Below, in pieces: positions 12,920 through 25,383 of a stretch of 64,000 bases of DNA. The notes beneath the pieces were generated by a model. That model worked only from the letters and a program-made list of their open reading frames with translations. It did not search any database and had not been told where the DNA came from. Numbering within the stretch: the stretch's first letter is position 1; each line of letters opens with the position of its first letter. Where the stretch lies: NCBI RefSeq assembly GCF_021869535.1, contig NW_026262712.1, positions 78,616,001 through 78,680,000 on the forward strand, read 5' to 3'. This stretch comes from Mytilus californianus (taxonomy: Eukaryota). The translations under genes were made by a program, and so were the position numbers.

Positions 12920-14657
12920 TAGAAATACCAATTAAACTTTAATGATATCGCAGATTTATCGGTCGGAAAAAATCCAACATATGTACACAAATTAGTTATT
13001 GACAGATTTTTATTTATTTCGCTTATTTTGGCATTTGATATGGAAATTAGCTCAAGTTTTGAAATAAGACAGTATAAAATATAATTGTTGAACAGCCAAT
13101 TTGGCTAATTTAGTAGTAATAATATCAGTTTTAGAAAATCTCAAAGGTGAAAGAATTTCATTTTCCTGAGAAAAAGCACGGTAGGTAACCTATGATTTAT
13201 TTTATGAATTAACTCGATATAAACCATATCTCAAAATCACAAAATTTATGATACAATATGAAACTGAATGGACTACCCTTAACCCTCTTAGTCCCAAATA
13301 ATTATCATTTTCATACATTGAAAACCCTATTTTTTCGAGGTAAAATGCATATTTTCCGCATATTTCTCACCTAGTATGCCTTTATTGATGTATTTGACTA
13401 TATGTAAACATTTTATTTAAGTTTACATAGTTGTTGACATTATAAAAACATTGCTGTTTTATTTTCAAATGTACCTTTAAAGCATATATATGACGCCAAC
13501 AAAAAGAGTGTTATTTGTGACCTTGATGTGTAACACGTCGAAATAAACTAGAGAGAGGGAGTGGAGAGTTGTCTCATTGGCAATCATACCACATCTTCTT
13601 TTATATAGCTTGCAGGTACTTGAAAATATCGTAAGCGTTGTAAAACGGTTATAGTTTTGTCGATTTGCAGAGTGTAAAGTGTTATTTATTGCAAAAGTTC
13701 TTATGCCATCCTATCAAAGTTTGATTTCTTGAAATATATTTGATATTTGCTGAAAATATATCTAACTAAAAGGAGGTTTTATTATGGAAACAATATACTA
13801 AAAAAATAATTTACTTCTTTGTTATTCAACTTATATAACTCGGAAGTATAGCGTCGAAGTCTGGAATACTTTCTTCTAAATGGTGCCGAAGTCCACAATA
13901 TATCTTCATAAATGGAACATTGGCCACATCATTATTCTTACTTTGCTTTTACATGTACTTGAGATTTCAACCGGCTTGTCAGCCGACAGCGGGGAGAACA
14001 TTTTCCGGCCGCAGGTCGTCAGCAGGAAAAATTAAGGCCAGTGCGGACGTCCCGTTCACCAAGGGGAGAAAAAATAAAAACAGTCTACTCAAAAACTATA
14101 ACCAGAATTTACATGTATTTACCTAAAGCATACATTTCTATATGCCGTCTTAAAAGATTATTTATGTCCGTCTGTTCAATCAGACTACATTGTAGGTGAT
14201 ACTCCAAGTATAGCCTCAAAGTGGAATTACATTTTGCAAACTTTATACGAGTTTTTTTCAGTTATGATTGAATGGACACTGTAATTTAGACAAAGTTGTG
14301 ATGTAAGAATGGAATTAATAAACATTTTGTATTCATTGAATAGCAAAGAAAAAACAATTCTACGGCAAATAAAAGCAACACTGGTATTGTATATCTACTC
14401 GAAGATCTGCATTTTAAAATTTTTTTTAAGGCCTTCCCCTAATTTGGACAAAAGAGATACAAATTAAAGTCATCTAATTAACCCCTTGAAACACTGAATT
14501 TGTTATATTGTACGCGTTTGTCAAAAGTTACTAAATGATAAACTCACAATACTATGTTTTTGGGGGAGTAAAGTTTGGATGTGTCAATTAGAACAGGCAT
14601 ATCTTCAATACGGAACAGTTATAAATAAAAGGAAATGCTAGGTATAATACATCAATA

Positions 14658-14825
14658 CACCTTATCGCTATTCCCGTCTGACCCGAGAATCTGTCCCGCT
14701 TGAACTATTGACGTCATACAACAATCTCTTTTTTATTGTGGCGTCAGATATTTTGTATTATGACGTCAAAATTTTACGGGAACCTGTGTGATGTCCAGTA
14801 ATGGCGGACAAATAGCGATAAGGTG
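14658..14825. mobile_element. Tc1/mariner-type MITE, 168 bp
   Basis: Perfect 15-bp TIRs CACCTTATCGCTATT / AATAGCGATAAGGTG, flanked by TA at 14656-14657 and 14826-14827. Confidence 0.75.
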
Positions 14826-15364
14826 TATGAGACAGTAATCAAACAACAAAACCCCAAATAGACATCTAGAAGACATTTTGATTTTATGCCGTAAATAAGT
14901 TTTCCGCAATCTGATTAAAATGACTGTTATATATAAACATAACGAAATCAGAGATCTATTATATTTTAAGTTGATTGGTTTTTCATTTAGCAAATGTTTT
15001 TGTCTTCTTTATGATCTTACAAGAAAGGGGATAATATTATATACAGACAATTTTCACTTTTTTTTTTATTGATTGTGGCTTGTTAAACATCTAGTCTGCA
15101 ATATACTATTTTATAAAAGATTTTTATTTAAAATTTCTTTCGTTAAAACGAGTCAATTAGAATCATATAGTTTTCAACAATAGTTACAGTGCGAATGTGC
15201 TTTAATATTTTACTAATCGATGTAGAAAGGACGAGGAATTATTAATGTAAAACCTCCCCCTCCCCCCGTGATAGTTTCGTACACTGATTTGTCTATACTA
15301 GGGGCTATTTAGAGTTTGATATATATCGTCATGATGTTTAGTTTTTGTACACAAAAAATATCAG

Positions 15365-15460
15365 GTTGAAGGCCGTACGGTGACCTATAGTTGCTACCTT
15401 CTACGGCGTTGAGGCTCTGGTGGAGAGTTGTATTGTTGTTAATCATACAACTTCTTCTAA
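15365..15460 (+). repeat. Degenerate Penelope-like 3' end
   Basis: GTTGAAGGCCGTACGGTGACCTATAG...GGTGGAGAGTTG...AATCATAC motif. Confidence 0.6.
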
Positions 15461-16044
15461 TTTTCATCATAAGTAAGTCTGCAAGACGCCCGTTTCGTCT
15501 CTCTCAAAGGAAAAGTTGGAGACAAAAAAAAGTAGCAAAATTGACAAGCAATTAAAAAAAAACAACAAAAAGCAAATCAAATTCAAAACATAAAAATGCA
15601 CTATTATACATAAATACAGCCTGTACTGAATAGTTACTAGTATTTTTTTATTTACTCAAATCATAGAGATGCAAACTACTAATATTTTGCAAATTCATTT
15701 GTTATTTATATTTGAACTTAATTGTATCTTTGATTCAATATGTTTATTTTTCTTTCTCTTAATTAAGCTATTTCTGAAAAAAATTCTGAATTCTACGGTT
15801 AGATTTTATTCTGATGTGCTGATTTTTTGTCTAAAGAAGAACAAAAAAGTAAATACTGACTTAAATATTTATATTTTGGCCTACACGCATATGTTTTGGG
15901 AGTTCAGACGATGTCCTCACGTTGAATTTTTGTCAATAATATATTTTTTTTGTGTGGTCTCACATTTCAAAATTCGAAATGGAAATCTTGGTATATTGTC
16001 ATACTTGTACATGAATATGAATAAGCTAAAAAAAGATGTTATGA

Positions 16045-16250
16045 ATTAGGCCGTTAGTTTTCTCAATTGAATTGTTTTACATTTTTCATGTCGGGGCCTT
16101 CTATAGACAACTAAACCTTTTACGGTATGGGTTTTTCTCATTGTTGAAGGTCGTGCGGTTGCCTTTAATTTCTTATACCACCTCATTAGAATTTTGGTGG
16201 ATAGTTGTTTCATTGGAAATCATACCACATCCCCTTATTTTTATATCATA
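16045..16250 (+). repeat. Degenerate Penelope-like 3' end
   Basis: TAGGCCGTTAGTTTTCTC...CGGTATGGG...CATTGGAAATCATACCACATC motif. Confidence 0.6.
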
Positions 16251-16754
16251 AGTATGAAATATTTGTCGCTGAACTATAAAATGACATTCAATTAATGAAT
16301 TGTTAATTTAGTTAAGACTTTGGAGCTTAAATCATTTAATAGCTTTAGTTAATGTAAATTGAATATTACGTTTGTGCCTTTTAATAATAAAAGTTCACGA
16401 GATATATGTAATACTAGTATGTAAAATATGCAGTTAACCCTTCCTTCCTTCAGGACCTCAGCTAGCAATAATAAAGAACCCTTTAAACATTGAAAGTAGC
16501 ATAAAACATGGTTAAATTCGGCTTTTGAAAACTATCAATATGAATTACAATTAAAATCATGTATTTGTTACTCATCAATCAAAAACCCTTTGCATAAAAA
16601 GAACTGAACTAGGATTAGAAAATTAGAAAATGACGGCTTGTTAAATGCATTGGCAGTGTGTCTTTTATCAACAATGTCGGGAATTTCTGTTGAGTTCCAT
16701 GTAGAAAATTAGTGTTTATTCTATACCTTTTTTGGTATTTATCGAGTTTTTACT

Positions 16755-17797
16755 TTGTGTCCTCTTGGGATTCTGCCAAGGGTGGACCGAAATGTCCGTT
16801 TGGACTCAGAGGGTAAACACATACACATTACTATTAGAACATACGTAATGTGTGAAACTTTCTAAAGCATTTTTCAACACACATGTAGTCTGACGAATAT
16901 GTCGGAAATGCAGTCAATAAAGTGTTTTATATGATGTAAGTCTAAGTAACGATGCAAAAAAGCGACGACCCGGTCATGTTGTTAAATTATCTCGTGTTTC
17001 CAGCTCTTTATATGTCAATTCTGAAATCTTCAGCACCAGTATCATGTGCGTGCGTGCATGCAAATACAAAAACCAACAGTACTGGTAGACGACATTTTTG
17101 AGACAGAAACACGAAAATTCAATTTACTTTTGCCATAATTATAACGTCACAATGACGTCATGAATATGATGTCATTGCTTCAAAATACACTAAGTTGACC
17201 GATGGTCAACAATGTTATAAAGCAATAATTATTTAGTGTATTATAGTTTGCAATTTTTTTTATCTATTATATATGGTAATTGCAATATTGATGAAACGAC
17301 ATATATGTCGCCTTGCCATCAAACCCCCAAAACGACATATGTGTCGCTTTGGCATCAACACTCGAACGACATATATGTCGATTTGGCATTAAGAGGGTTA
17401 AAAACACTATTACCGAGAAATATTCAAAAGCAAATATCGAACCTATTGTTAATAAATTCGAAATCCTATAGTTTGCCAGCTTGAGAATAAATTACTTCAC
17501 AGATTATAAGTAGTAAACAAGGATAAAGAAAGTGAAAGCTAAATGGAAAAATGTAACAATTTTTCAAAACATTGACGGTCTGTTTGATGTATTGCCCGGA
17601 TAGATCTGAATGAAAATATGTATAAAATGTTTGCGGAGAATACAGTTTTAAAATGAGTACATAATTATAAGTTCTGTCGATTATTTACCGAAATCTACTC
17701 GATAACATTTCATTTAATACAAGGTGAAATGGACATATGTGTCCTCTTGGGACCCGGTCGGTAGTGGACATATATGTCCGCTTGGGACTCAGAGGTT
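16755..17797. mobile_element. Cluster of piggyBac-like non-autonomous element termini
   Basis: Ends of the type AGAGGG-TTAA (17392-17401), with degenerate versions near 16818 and 17797. Subterminal palindromes (C/G)GACATATATGTC(G/C) at 17297, 17333, 17367, 17731 and 17766, spaced 34-36 bp. A matching opposite-facing end TTAACCCTCTTAGTCCC lies at 13279. Confidence 0.55.
17526..17539 (+). promoter_or_regulatory. IRF-element/ISRE-like motif
   Basis: AAGAAAGTGAAAGC matches the GAAANNGAAA IRF consensus. Sequence match only. Confidence 0.3.
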
Positions 17798-17990
17798 TTT
17801 TTTTTAAAGGAAACATACAATATTATAGAACAAACCATACGACTTGAATTATCCATAAAAAAGGATCACTTATAATCATTAAAACAGCTTATAATTTTCG
17901 TCTGCTGCCTTTTCACCACTCTACAATTACCAGAGTGAAAATCAACAGAATTTTGGACTCAAGAAAATGTATTCATAGGAGTCTTACCGA

Positions 17991-18000
17991 GGGACTTTTC
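17991..18000 (+). promoter_or_regulatory. kappaB-like site
   Basis: GGGACTTTTC differs by one base from the canonical GGGACTTTCC. Sequence match only. Confidence 0.2.
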
Positions 18001-19221
18001 TAAACTTCATGTTTTACCGTCTTAACAGAAAGATGAGCACCAAGCAGGACAACACATTCAATTACCAAAAACGCTCGTTTTATGTCGTGTCCATTTTAAG
18101 AAAAAAAACATGTTAAAAATAGATAGTTTGCATTCAGCATATTTCGCAAAACTTCAAGCATAAAAAACTTACAAGAAACAGAATCCTATTCATTAAAAAC
18201 AGTAAATTCTAAATTATTGGAAATCAGGAGGCCATGCAAGATATCCGACCAAAATATAAGGATTCTCTTGCAGTTTTGGTAGTGCATAATTTTAATAACA
18301 TGTACTTTATAATGGAATTTTAGGAAATCGCAAACAAATATTTTGCAAGAAATGCACTCTTCGTCTTAAAGTTAAACTAGTTTATGCTTCAAGGAAAAAT
18401 ATTTCCATCAAAAATCAATTTAAAAAAAAAACACAACCAAAAAACAAATCAAATAGAAATAACTGTTAATCTTTCTTTGATTAATTTCAGGCAAGTTTAA
18501 AAATGCAATTCATACGCATATAACTCCTGCCTGAAATTGATATAAGTTGTATCTTTGCCATGGTCTAAATTCGAAAACAGAGACAGACGAGATACTCAGT
18601 GAACGATCAAAAATCATAAGTTGAAGGATAACAGACAATTCTATCGTCAAAAGGAAAACCATGAAAATAGAACAAAAAACCGCACATATCAAGTGGAACA
18701 TATCTGTGGTCAGACTTGCACGAACGTAAGCAAATACTGACGGTAATCAAATCAATAATCGATTTTTAAAGAAAACAAATTGAACGGTACAAACTGTAAG
18801 TCTATTAAGCAGATTAATGCCGCTGACTAAACTGTGTGCTCTGGATGGGTAAGCAGCTCCGCCTCCACTTATGATTTATGATATCCTTCAATATCCTCTT
18901 ATCATTTAATAATTATAATCAAAATATGCAATTATAAAAAAAAAAAATATGAAGGGCAATCAAAAGTATAAGTCGAAAAATGACAGACGACATCATGACA
19001 ACAAGAAAAAAGTACAACCTGAAAAACACATTTCCAGAAAACACTAAAGCATGGATTTAGCAATACAGACCCAACCATCAACAGGGATGACTATTGCTTT
19101 GTAAAAGATTCTTCGTTTTTAAAATAATAAACAACTATGAATTCTTGCAACAAAACACCATACTTTTGCTTGTTTATTATTTTCTATTTGCATTGTAGTG
19201 AAGACAAAAAGCTTGATCGCA

Positions 19222-19779
19222 ATGGGCGCAAGTAACTCCTCCTTTTCGAGCAGTTCTAACAGTAAAAGAAAGACTGGAAGAGTGTGGTCTAACCAGATAT
19301 ATTTCGAACCAGAAGCCGAGCAGGAAATTAGAAAAGGCTATAATATCGAAGACGAAGAATTGATTAGTAAGCTTTCTACTCTTGTGGATGTTGAGGAAAA
19401 TATTATAAAAGTATACGCATACAAAGAATATCTAAACGATTGGCAATTGACATCATTCACTATGTACCATCTATTCATTATCTTCAAAACGAAATCTTGG
19501 TGGTGGTCAATTGAAAAACATTCGAAGGGCATTACAATCCAGAGAAGCAAGTCCGAATCAGCTGTCCGATGTAAGCACAGACAAACGCCGATAAATTTAG
19601 TGAAAAGTGATTCAGGAAGTAAAAGTGTACAGGATTTGATTTTCTGGCTCTACTATAAAAATGAGCTGAACAAAGCGTACGAATACCTTTTTAGCAATTG
19701 TAAGACATTTGCAAAACGTGTCTACGACCATGTTGCAGCAAACACTTGCTTGTTCTGGTATGATGGAGCATTCAGTTGA
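19222..19779 (+). CDS. 185-aa putative N-myristoylated permuted papain-like (NlpC/P60; LRAT/PPPDE-like) thiol hydrolase or acyltransferase
   Basis: Starts MGASNS (MGxxxS). YHLFIIF...WWWSIEK comes before AYEYLFSNCKTFA, giving His-before-Cys order and a Y-x-L-x-x-NC-x-x-F motif. A pyrimidine tract plus TGTAG acceptor ends at 19198, 23 nt before the ATG, suggesting a 5'UTR intron. Confidence 0.75.
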   Translation: MGASNSSFSSSSNSKRKTGRVWSNQIYFEPEAEQEIRKGYNIEDEELISKLSTLVDVEENIIKVYAYKEYLNDWQLTSFTMYHLFIIFKTKSWWWSIEKHSKGITIQRSKSESAVRCKHRQTPINLVKSDSGSKSVQDLIFWLYYKNELNKAYEYLFSNCKTFAKRVYDHVAANTCLFWYDGAFS

Positions 19780-20219
19780 AAAGTAGTGTTTCTTGGAATT
19801 TTTGTACCCCGGGCAGTACAGTATATACAGAGTAGATGAATCATAGCTGTCAACTGCGACAAAAGAAAGGCGTACCTTCACGAAGTATTCCAAAAAGTTT
19901 TGTACATCCTAAAAATAGGTTTTACCACTTCCTATAATTGTTGAAGACGATATATTATAATAGATATAAGAAGATGTTTAGATCTAAATGCGTTTTGATA
20001 TTTTGTGTTGTTGGGTTGATGTTTCAATGATGTGTGCTCATTTTAATTCCTGTCAGATGAAAGCCTAAAATAGAGCTGGCATGTGTAAAACGAAATAAAT
20101 AGCAAAACATTGTTCATTTAATTAAAAAAGCAACAAGATCTATAGGACTTTCTAGAAATTCATTCCAAAATTCCGGTTCTGATTTTATAATTTCAATGAA
20201 ATACGAATTATTCATAAAA

Positions 20220-21340
20220 ATTAGATGTGGTATGATTACCAATGAGACAACTCTCCACCAGAGACCAAATGACATAGAAGCTTTCAACTATAATAGGTCA
20301 CTGAAAGGCCTTTAACAATGAGCAAAACCCATACCGCAGTCAACTATAAAAAGCCCCGAAATGACAAATATAAAACAATGAACGAAAAACAAATATGATA
20401 TACATCATCAAACGACAACCGCTGAATTACAGGTTCCTGCCTTGGGACAGGCACATACAGAATGTGCGGGGTTAAACTTGTTTGGTGGCGCCACAACCTC
20501 CCCCTAACCTTGACAAGTACACCATAAGAACAAACTATAAAAATCAGTTAAAAAGGGTTTAACTCATCAGATTGATACAAGCATAAAAACCTTTAACAAA
20601 AACACAGACCGGACGTGGAAGGGTATTTATACATCTCTACAACAAAAAAGACACTAAGTACAGATCTGAGATTACTTGCAGTTACTGACAGCAAGGTCCA
20701 TTAACAATTAATAAAAAATTCATGCATCCAAGACAAAAAATATCAATCAGTAAACATCCAACATCCAATGGATTTAGTGTAAAGACGTCATTAACAGTCA
20801 GAGAAAAACACGACCTTGTGCAATACCAAGATACATGTACATGTATCGACAGATTGTAGACATGAATGTGCATATGTATATAAAAATAATATTTAGTTTG
20901 ATTTTAATTTATGGATAACAAAATTAATATTCATACCAATAAAAACGATATTCAAAGATCTAATTACAATGTTGAAACGGTAACCTTTTAGAATAAATTT
21001 ATTTCAAGGATCGACAAGTTTACCCGGATCGTATCTAAATTTCCGGGCTCGGTAAACAACATCTCCGTCAAAAATAGGATGTGCTATCCCGTTTGAAATT
21101 AGTTTTCTACAGGTTCAGCCAAACTTCCATACCAAATCTTTGTATCTATGGTAGAATTAGATTAGCTTTTAAGCAATTTGTGGTAACGAAATTCCCGACT
21201 TAATAATTTACCAGTAATACATAGATAACGTTCATTGAAATTCCAAAACGTCACAACAGACACTGGCATAGCGAACAAGGTGTGACATATAAACACCGTA
21301 AGCTGGTGCCAAAGGAACATCACCGTCCATTTATTTGACT
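20220..21340 (-). mobile_element. 5'-truncated Penelope-like element
   Basis: Decayed DGDVPLAPAYGVYMSHLVRYA...CITGKLL..FRYHKLLK on the minus strand (about 21340-21000). It is followed by the 3' region and the CATACCACATCT terminus near 20225. Confidence 0.7.
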
Positions 21341-21559
21341 TCTTTGGGAGTATACTGGTATGTAGACTGGTTCGCTGCAGTGCTGAGCAACGGTGAGATA
21401 TAAAATAGACTTTAATTTACAAACATTTCCAGCTTTATAATCTAGTTTGATGACAAGTATGTTAAGGTTGCAATTGGAAGACACAATACCATCACTTCTT
21501 TTTTAGTTTATATAAACCAAATATTATCTTTTAATCGACAGAGATAAAACAGCTAATCG

Positions 21560-24500
21560 ATAACTTTTCATTGAGCTTCATTGCAGCGAAGACGCTCTAC
21601 TTCCCGAAAAGGGAGATTACCAACTTCAAGTTATATAAATGTAGGTCTGAACACACAGCATTAAGTGAAAACGAACATGTTGAATTAAACGATTGCACAA
21701 ATAGTTTAGAGTTTAATATTTTATGTTTAAATTTTTGTGGACTTAGGATTAGGTTACAATATCCGGATTTTCAAGAACTAATTAAAAAACATAGTATCGT
21801 ATGTTTTACTGAAACTAAAACTGATGACATCGATGAAATTAAATTAGATGATTACAAATTTTTAATGAAAAACAGATATAAAATTGCTAAAAGAAGGTCA
21901 GGTGGAATCGTGTTAGGTTACAAAGATAATTTGTCAAAATATATTGAAGTTTTAGAAACCGACAGTAATTTTGTAAATGTGGTTTAAAGTATGTAAAACT
22001 TATTTACAAACTGATGATGATCTTTATTTTGGTATTGTATATGTCCCGCCTGAGTACAGTCCATGATTCTACAGATGATGCATTTCGACAAATTGCGAAT
22101 GAATACATAGACTTCGCAGCGAAAAGTAATAATGTTTGTCTGCTTGGGGATTTTAACGCACGAACGGGCAACGACGTTGATTATACAACAATGAACGATA
22201 AAGAGAGTCAAACTGAAATTTTTGGGTTTACTGAGAACAATTATGTAGTTTTATATGAACTTAATATTCCGTTATTAAGACAAAGTTCAGATAAGGTGAA
22301 AAACAGATATGGACATCTTTTGTTAGAGTTTTGTCGGGCAAACTCGCTTTTTATTCTGAATGGGAGAATGGGAGGTAACTCGGGACATTTTAGTTGTCGA
22401 AATGCTAGCGTTGTAGATTATGTTATCACATCTGTATATCTGTTAAGATTTTTCTGCAACTTTTTGCTGCACGATTTTTCTGAATTATTTTCTGATGTAC
22501 ACACTCCTATAACAGTTTTTTTTTAAGAACACATATCAAGAACATCCTTATTCTGGAAATATTCCACAAAACACAAATGAAAACGATGAAAAAATTAAAA
22601 AGTGGAATTGGGATTTAGTAAATGATTTTAAAAACAATATTTCACAAGAAAGAAAAGACATGATTTTTGAAAGTCTAAATCAAATATCAAGTGATAATAT
22701 AGACCAATTGAAGATTGATACGATTTTTGAGGATGTTTGTAAAATTATGCTAGATTCAGCTAGAAATACGTTTGGTATTTTCAAACCAAAGAAACGAAAT
22801 AAAGTAAAACCAGTAGACAAACCTTGGTTTGATGAGGAGTGTAGATTTGCTAGGCAAAATTATAGGAAACTAAAGGGAAATATTTCTACAAAATCTTCTG
22901 TTCAACAAAAGCAGAACTTACGACTTACTGAAAAAAAATATAAAAAAATCTTAGATAATAAAAAATTAGTTTACTTAGAAAAAAAAAGATGAAAGAAATG
23001 AAAAATTTAAAATCGAAAAATCCAGGAGAGTTCTGGAAACTATTTAATCAAGGGAAAAGAAAACAACAACCTGATATACCTATAGAGTCTTTATTTAAAT
23101 TTTTTAAAGGATTGGATTCTGTTGATGTTGAGACAGCTACCACAGATTTGCCAGGTATTGACCCAGATCAACATGGGGCAAATAATAATGATATAAATCT
23201 CCCTATTACAAGGGATGAAATAATATTGTGCATTAGAAAAATGAAAAATAATAAAGCATGTGGTGAAGATAGGGTTATAAATGAATATATAAAATCAACT
23301 GTTGATGTATTTTTACCACTTTATGAAAAAGTGTTTAACATGATATTTGACACAGGTATAATACCTAGCAAATGGTTGATTGGCAATATAAAACCAGTAT
23401 ACAAAAACATGGGATATAGATATAATCCCAAAAATTTTAAACCGATTACTATTCTCAGTTGTATGAGTAAATTATCCACTGCACTTTTGAATGAAAGAAT
23501 TAAGACATTTGTCGAAAATTTTGATGTCTTGAATGAGAGTCAGTGTGGTTTTAGATCTGGATACAGTACGACAGACAATTTATTTACATTGTCGGCCTTT
23601 TTTGATATTTTGAAACAAAAGAAAAAAAGTTATTTGCAGCCTTTATAGATTTCGAAAGAGCTTTTGATACCATTTGGCGTGATGGACTCTGGTTAAAGTT
23701 GCTTACTCAACATATAAATGGGAAAATGTATAATGTAATTATCCATTTATATGAAAATATTAAATCAAATATTGTATATAACAATAATGTTTCAGACTAT
23801 TTTATTTGTAACAAAGGTGTCCGCCAAGGCGAAAACTTGTCCCCTATATTATTTGCTTTATACTTAAACGACCTAGAACACTTTTTGGAAGACAGAAGCC
23901 TACGGGGGCTTGAGAGTATTTCTGAAAAAATTGATTCCAAGCTTCAAATTTATTTAAAACTGTTTGTAATCCTTTATGCAGACGACACAGTACTATTGGC
24001 AGAAAGTGCTGATGATTTACAGAAACAGCTGGATTCTTTCAGTGAATACTGTAATGTTTGGAAGCTTAAAGTTAACGTCATGAAAACTAAAGTGATGATT
24101 TTTTCTAGAGGCAAAATGCCGTCAAATTTACATTTTGATATAGACGGCACTGACATTGAAATTGTTAAAGAATTTAACTATTTGGACATATTATTATCTA
24201 GAACTGGTAATACTAAAATAGCACAGAAGCACCTAGCAGAAAAAGCCACAAAAGCTATGTTTAATGTGTTGAAATCGGTCCGCATACATAATCTTTCCAT
24301 TCAGTGTCACTTAGATCTTTTCGATAAAGTTGTGAAACCCATACTATTGTATGGATGTGAAATTTGGGGGCATGATAATGTTGATATTATGGAAAGAATC
24401 CATCTGAAATTCTGTAAACTTCTTTTGAAACTAAAAAATTCTACACCTAGCTATATGGTGTATGGGGAACTTGGTAGATATCCTTTGAAAATTGATATTA

Positions 24501-25288
24501 AATTAAAAATAGTATCTTATTGGTGTAAATTAGTATCTGCTAAAGAGACTAAGTTATCTTCTATCGCATATACACTATTAAAAACATTATTTACTGTTAA
24601 TAATGTATGTACATTTTTGGTAAGGTTAAAAATATATTGGATGAATGTGGTTTTTCAAATATTTGGATTACTCAATGTTTTGGTAACGATATATGGTTAA
24701 AAAATGCACTAAAGTTGCGATTACAAGACCAATTCAAACAGTTGTGGAATACACAATTACAAGAGTCTACAAAAGCAGTTAATTACAGAATTTTTAAGTT
24801 AGAATTAAATTTTGAAAAATATTTTGATATCTTGGATCTGCACGAAAGTATTATTTTATGTAGATATAGAACCACAAACCGCAGACTCCTAATAGAGACA
24901 GGGAGGTGGAATAATATTATTAGAAATGATAGAAAATGTCATCTTTGTAATATTGGTAGCATTGGAGACGAATTTCATTATCTGCTAGAATGTCCATTTT
25001 TTAACGACAGTAGAAAATTATACCTTGAAAAATTCTATTTGGCTCATGTTAATACACTAAAGTTTAGAAAATTGATGAGCAAATTAAACAAAAAGTCAGA
25101 GCTAAAAAGATTATGCAAGTTCATAAAGTGTGTTAATAAACATGTGGGTCCTTCTGGCTAAAACGTATATTATTTTGAAACCACTGTATTATATATAAAT
25201 GTTTTGTTAATAGATGCATATTCATGTACATATTTGCACTCTCTCTGTACCTATTTATCAGCAGTGGTTATGAGAATAAAGATATATA
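21560..25288 (+). mobile_element. 5'-truncated, frameshifted RTE/RTE-X-like LINE (LINE-A)
   Basis: Fragments encode an APE endonuclease (CFTETK, LLGDFNAR, SDVHTP), an RT (GVRQGENLSP, YADD) and a C-terminal CCHC (CHLC...GDEFHYLLEC). At least six frameshifts. The 3' end is stem-loop, AATAAA, GATATATA. Confidence 0.9.
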
Positions 25289-25383
25289 GTAAAATTCGTG
25301 ATTCCAGAAATTAGTTTCTGGAAAGGGCTATACTAATAGGATAAAAGTTAACATTCTTCCTAATTCAAAAGGTATAGTTAAGT

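Noticed and set aside
10583-16049. Numerous 60-130 aa hydrophobic ORFs in AT-rich DNA
   Set aside because: Their Phe/Ile/Leu/Lys bias follows base composition, many lack ATG starts, and none has a recognisable domain.
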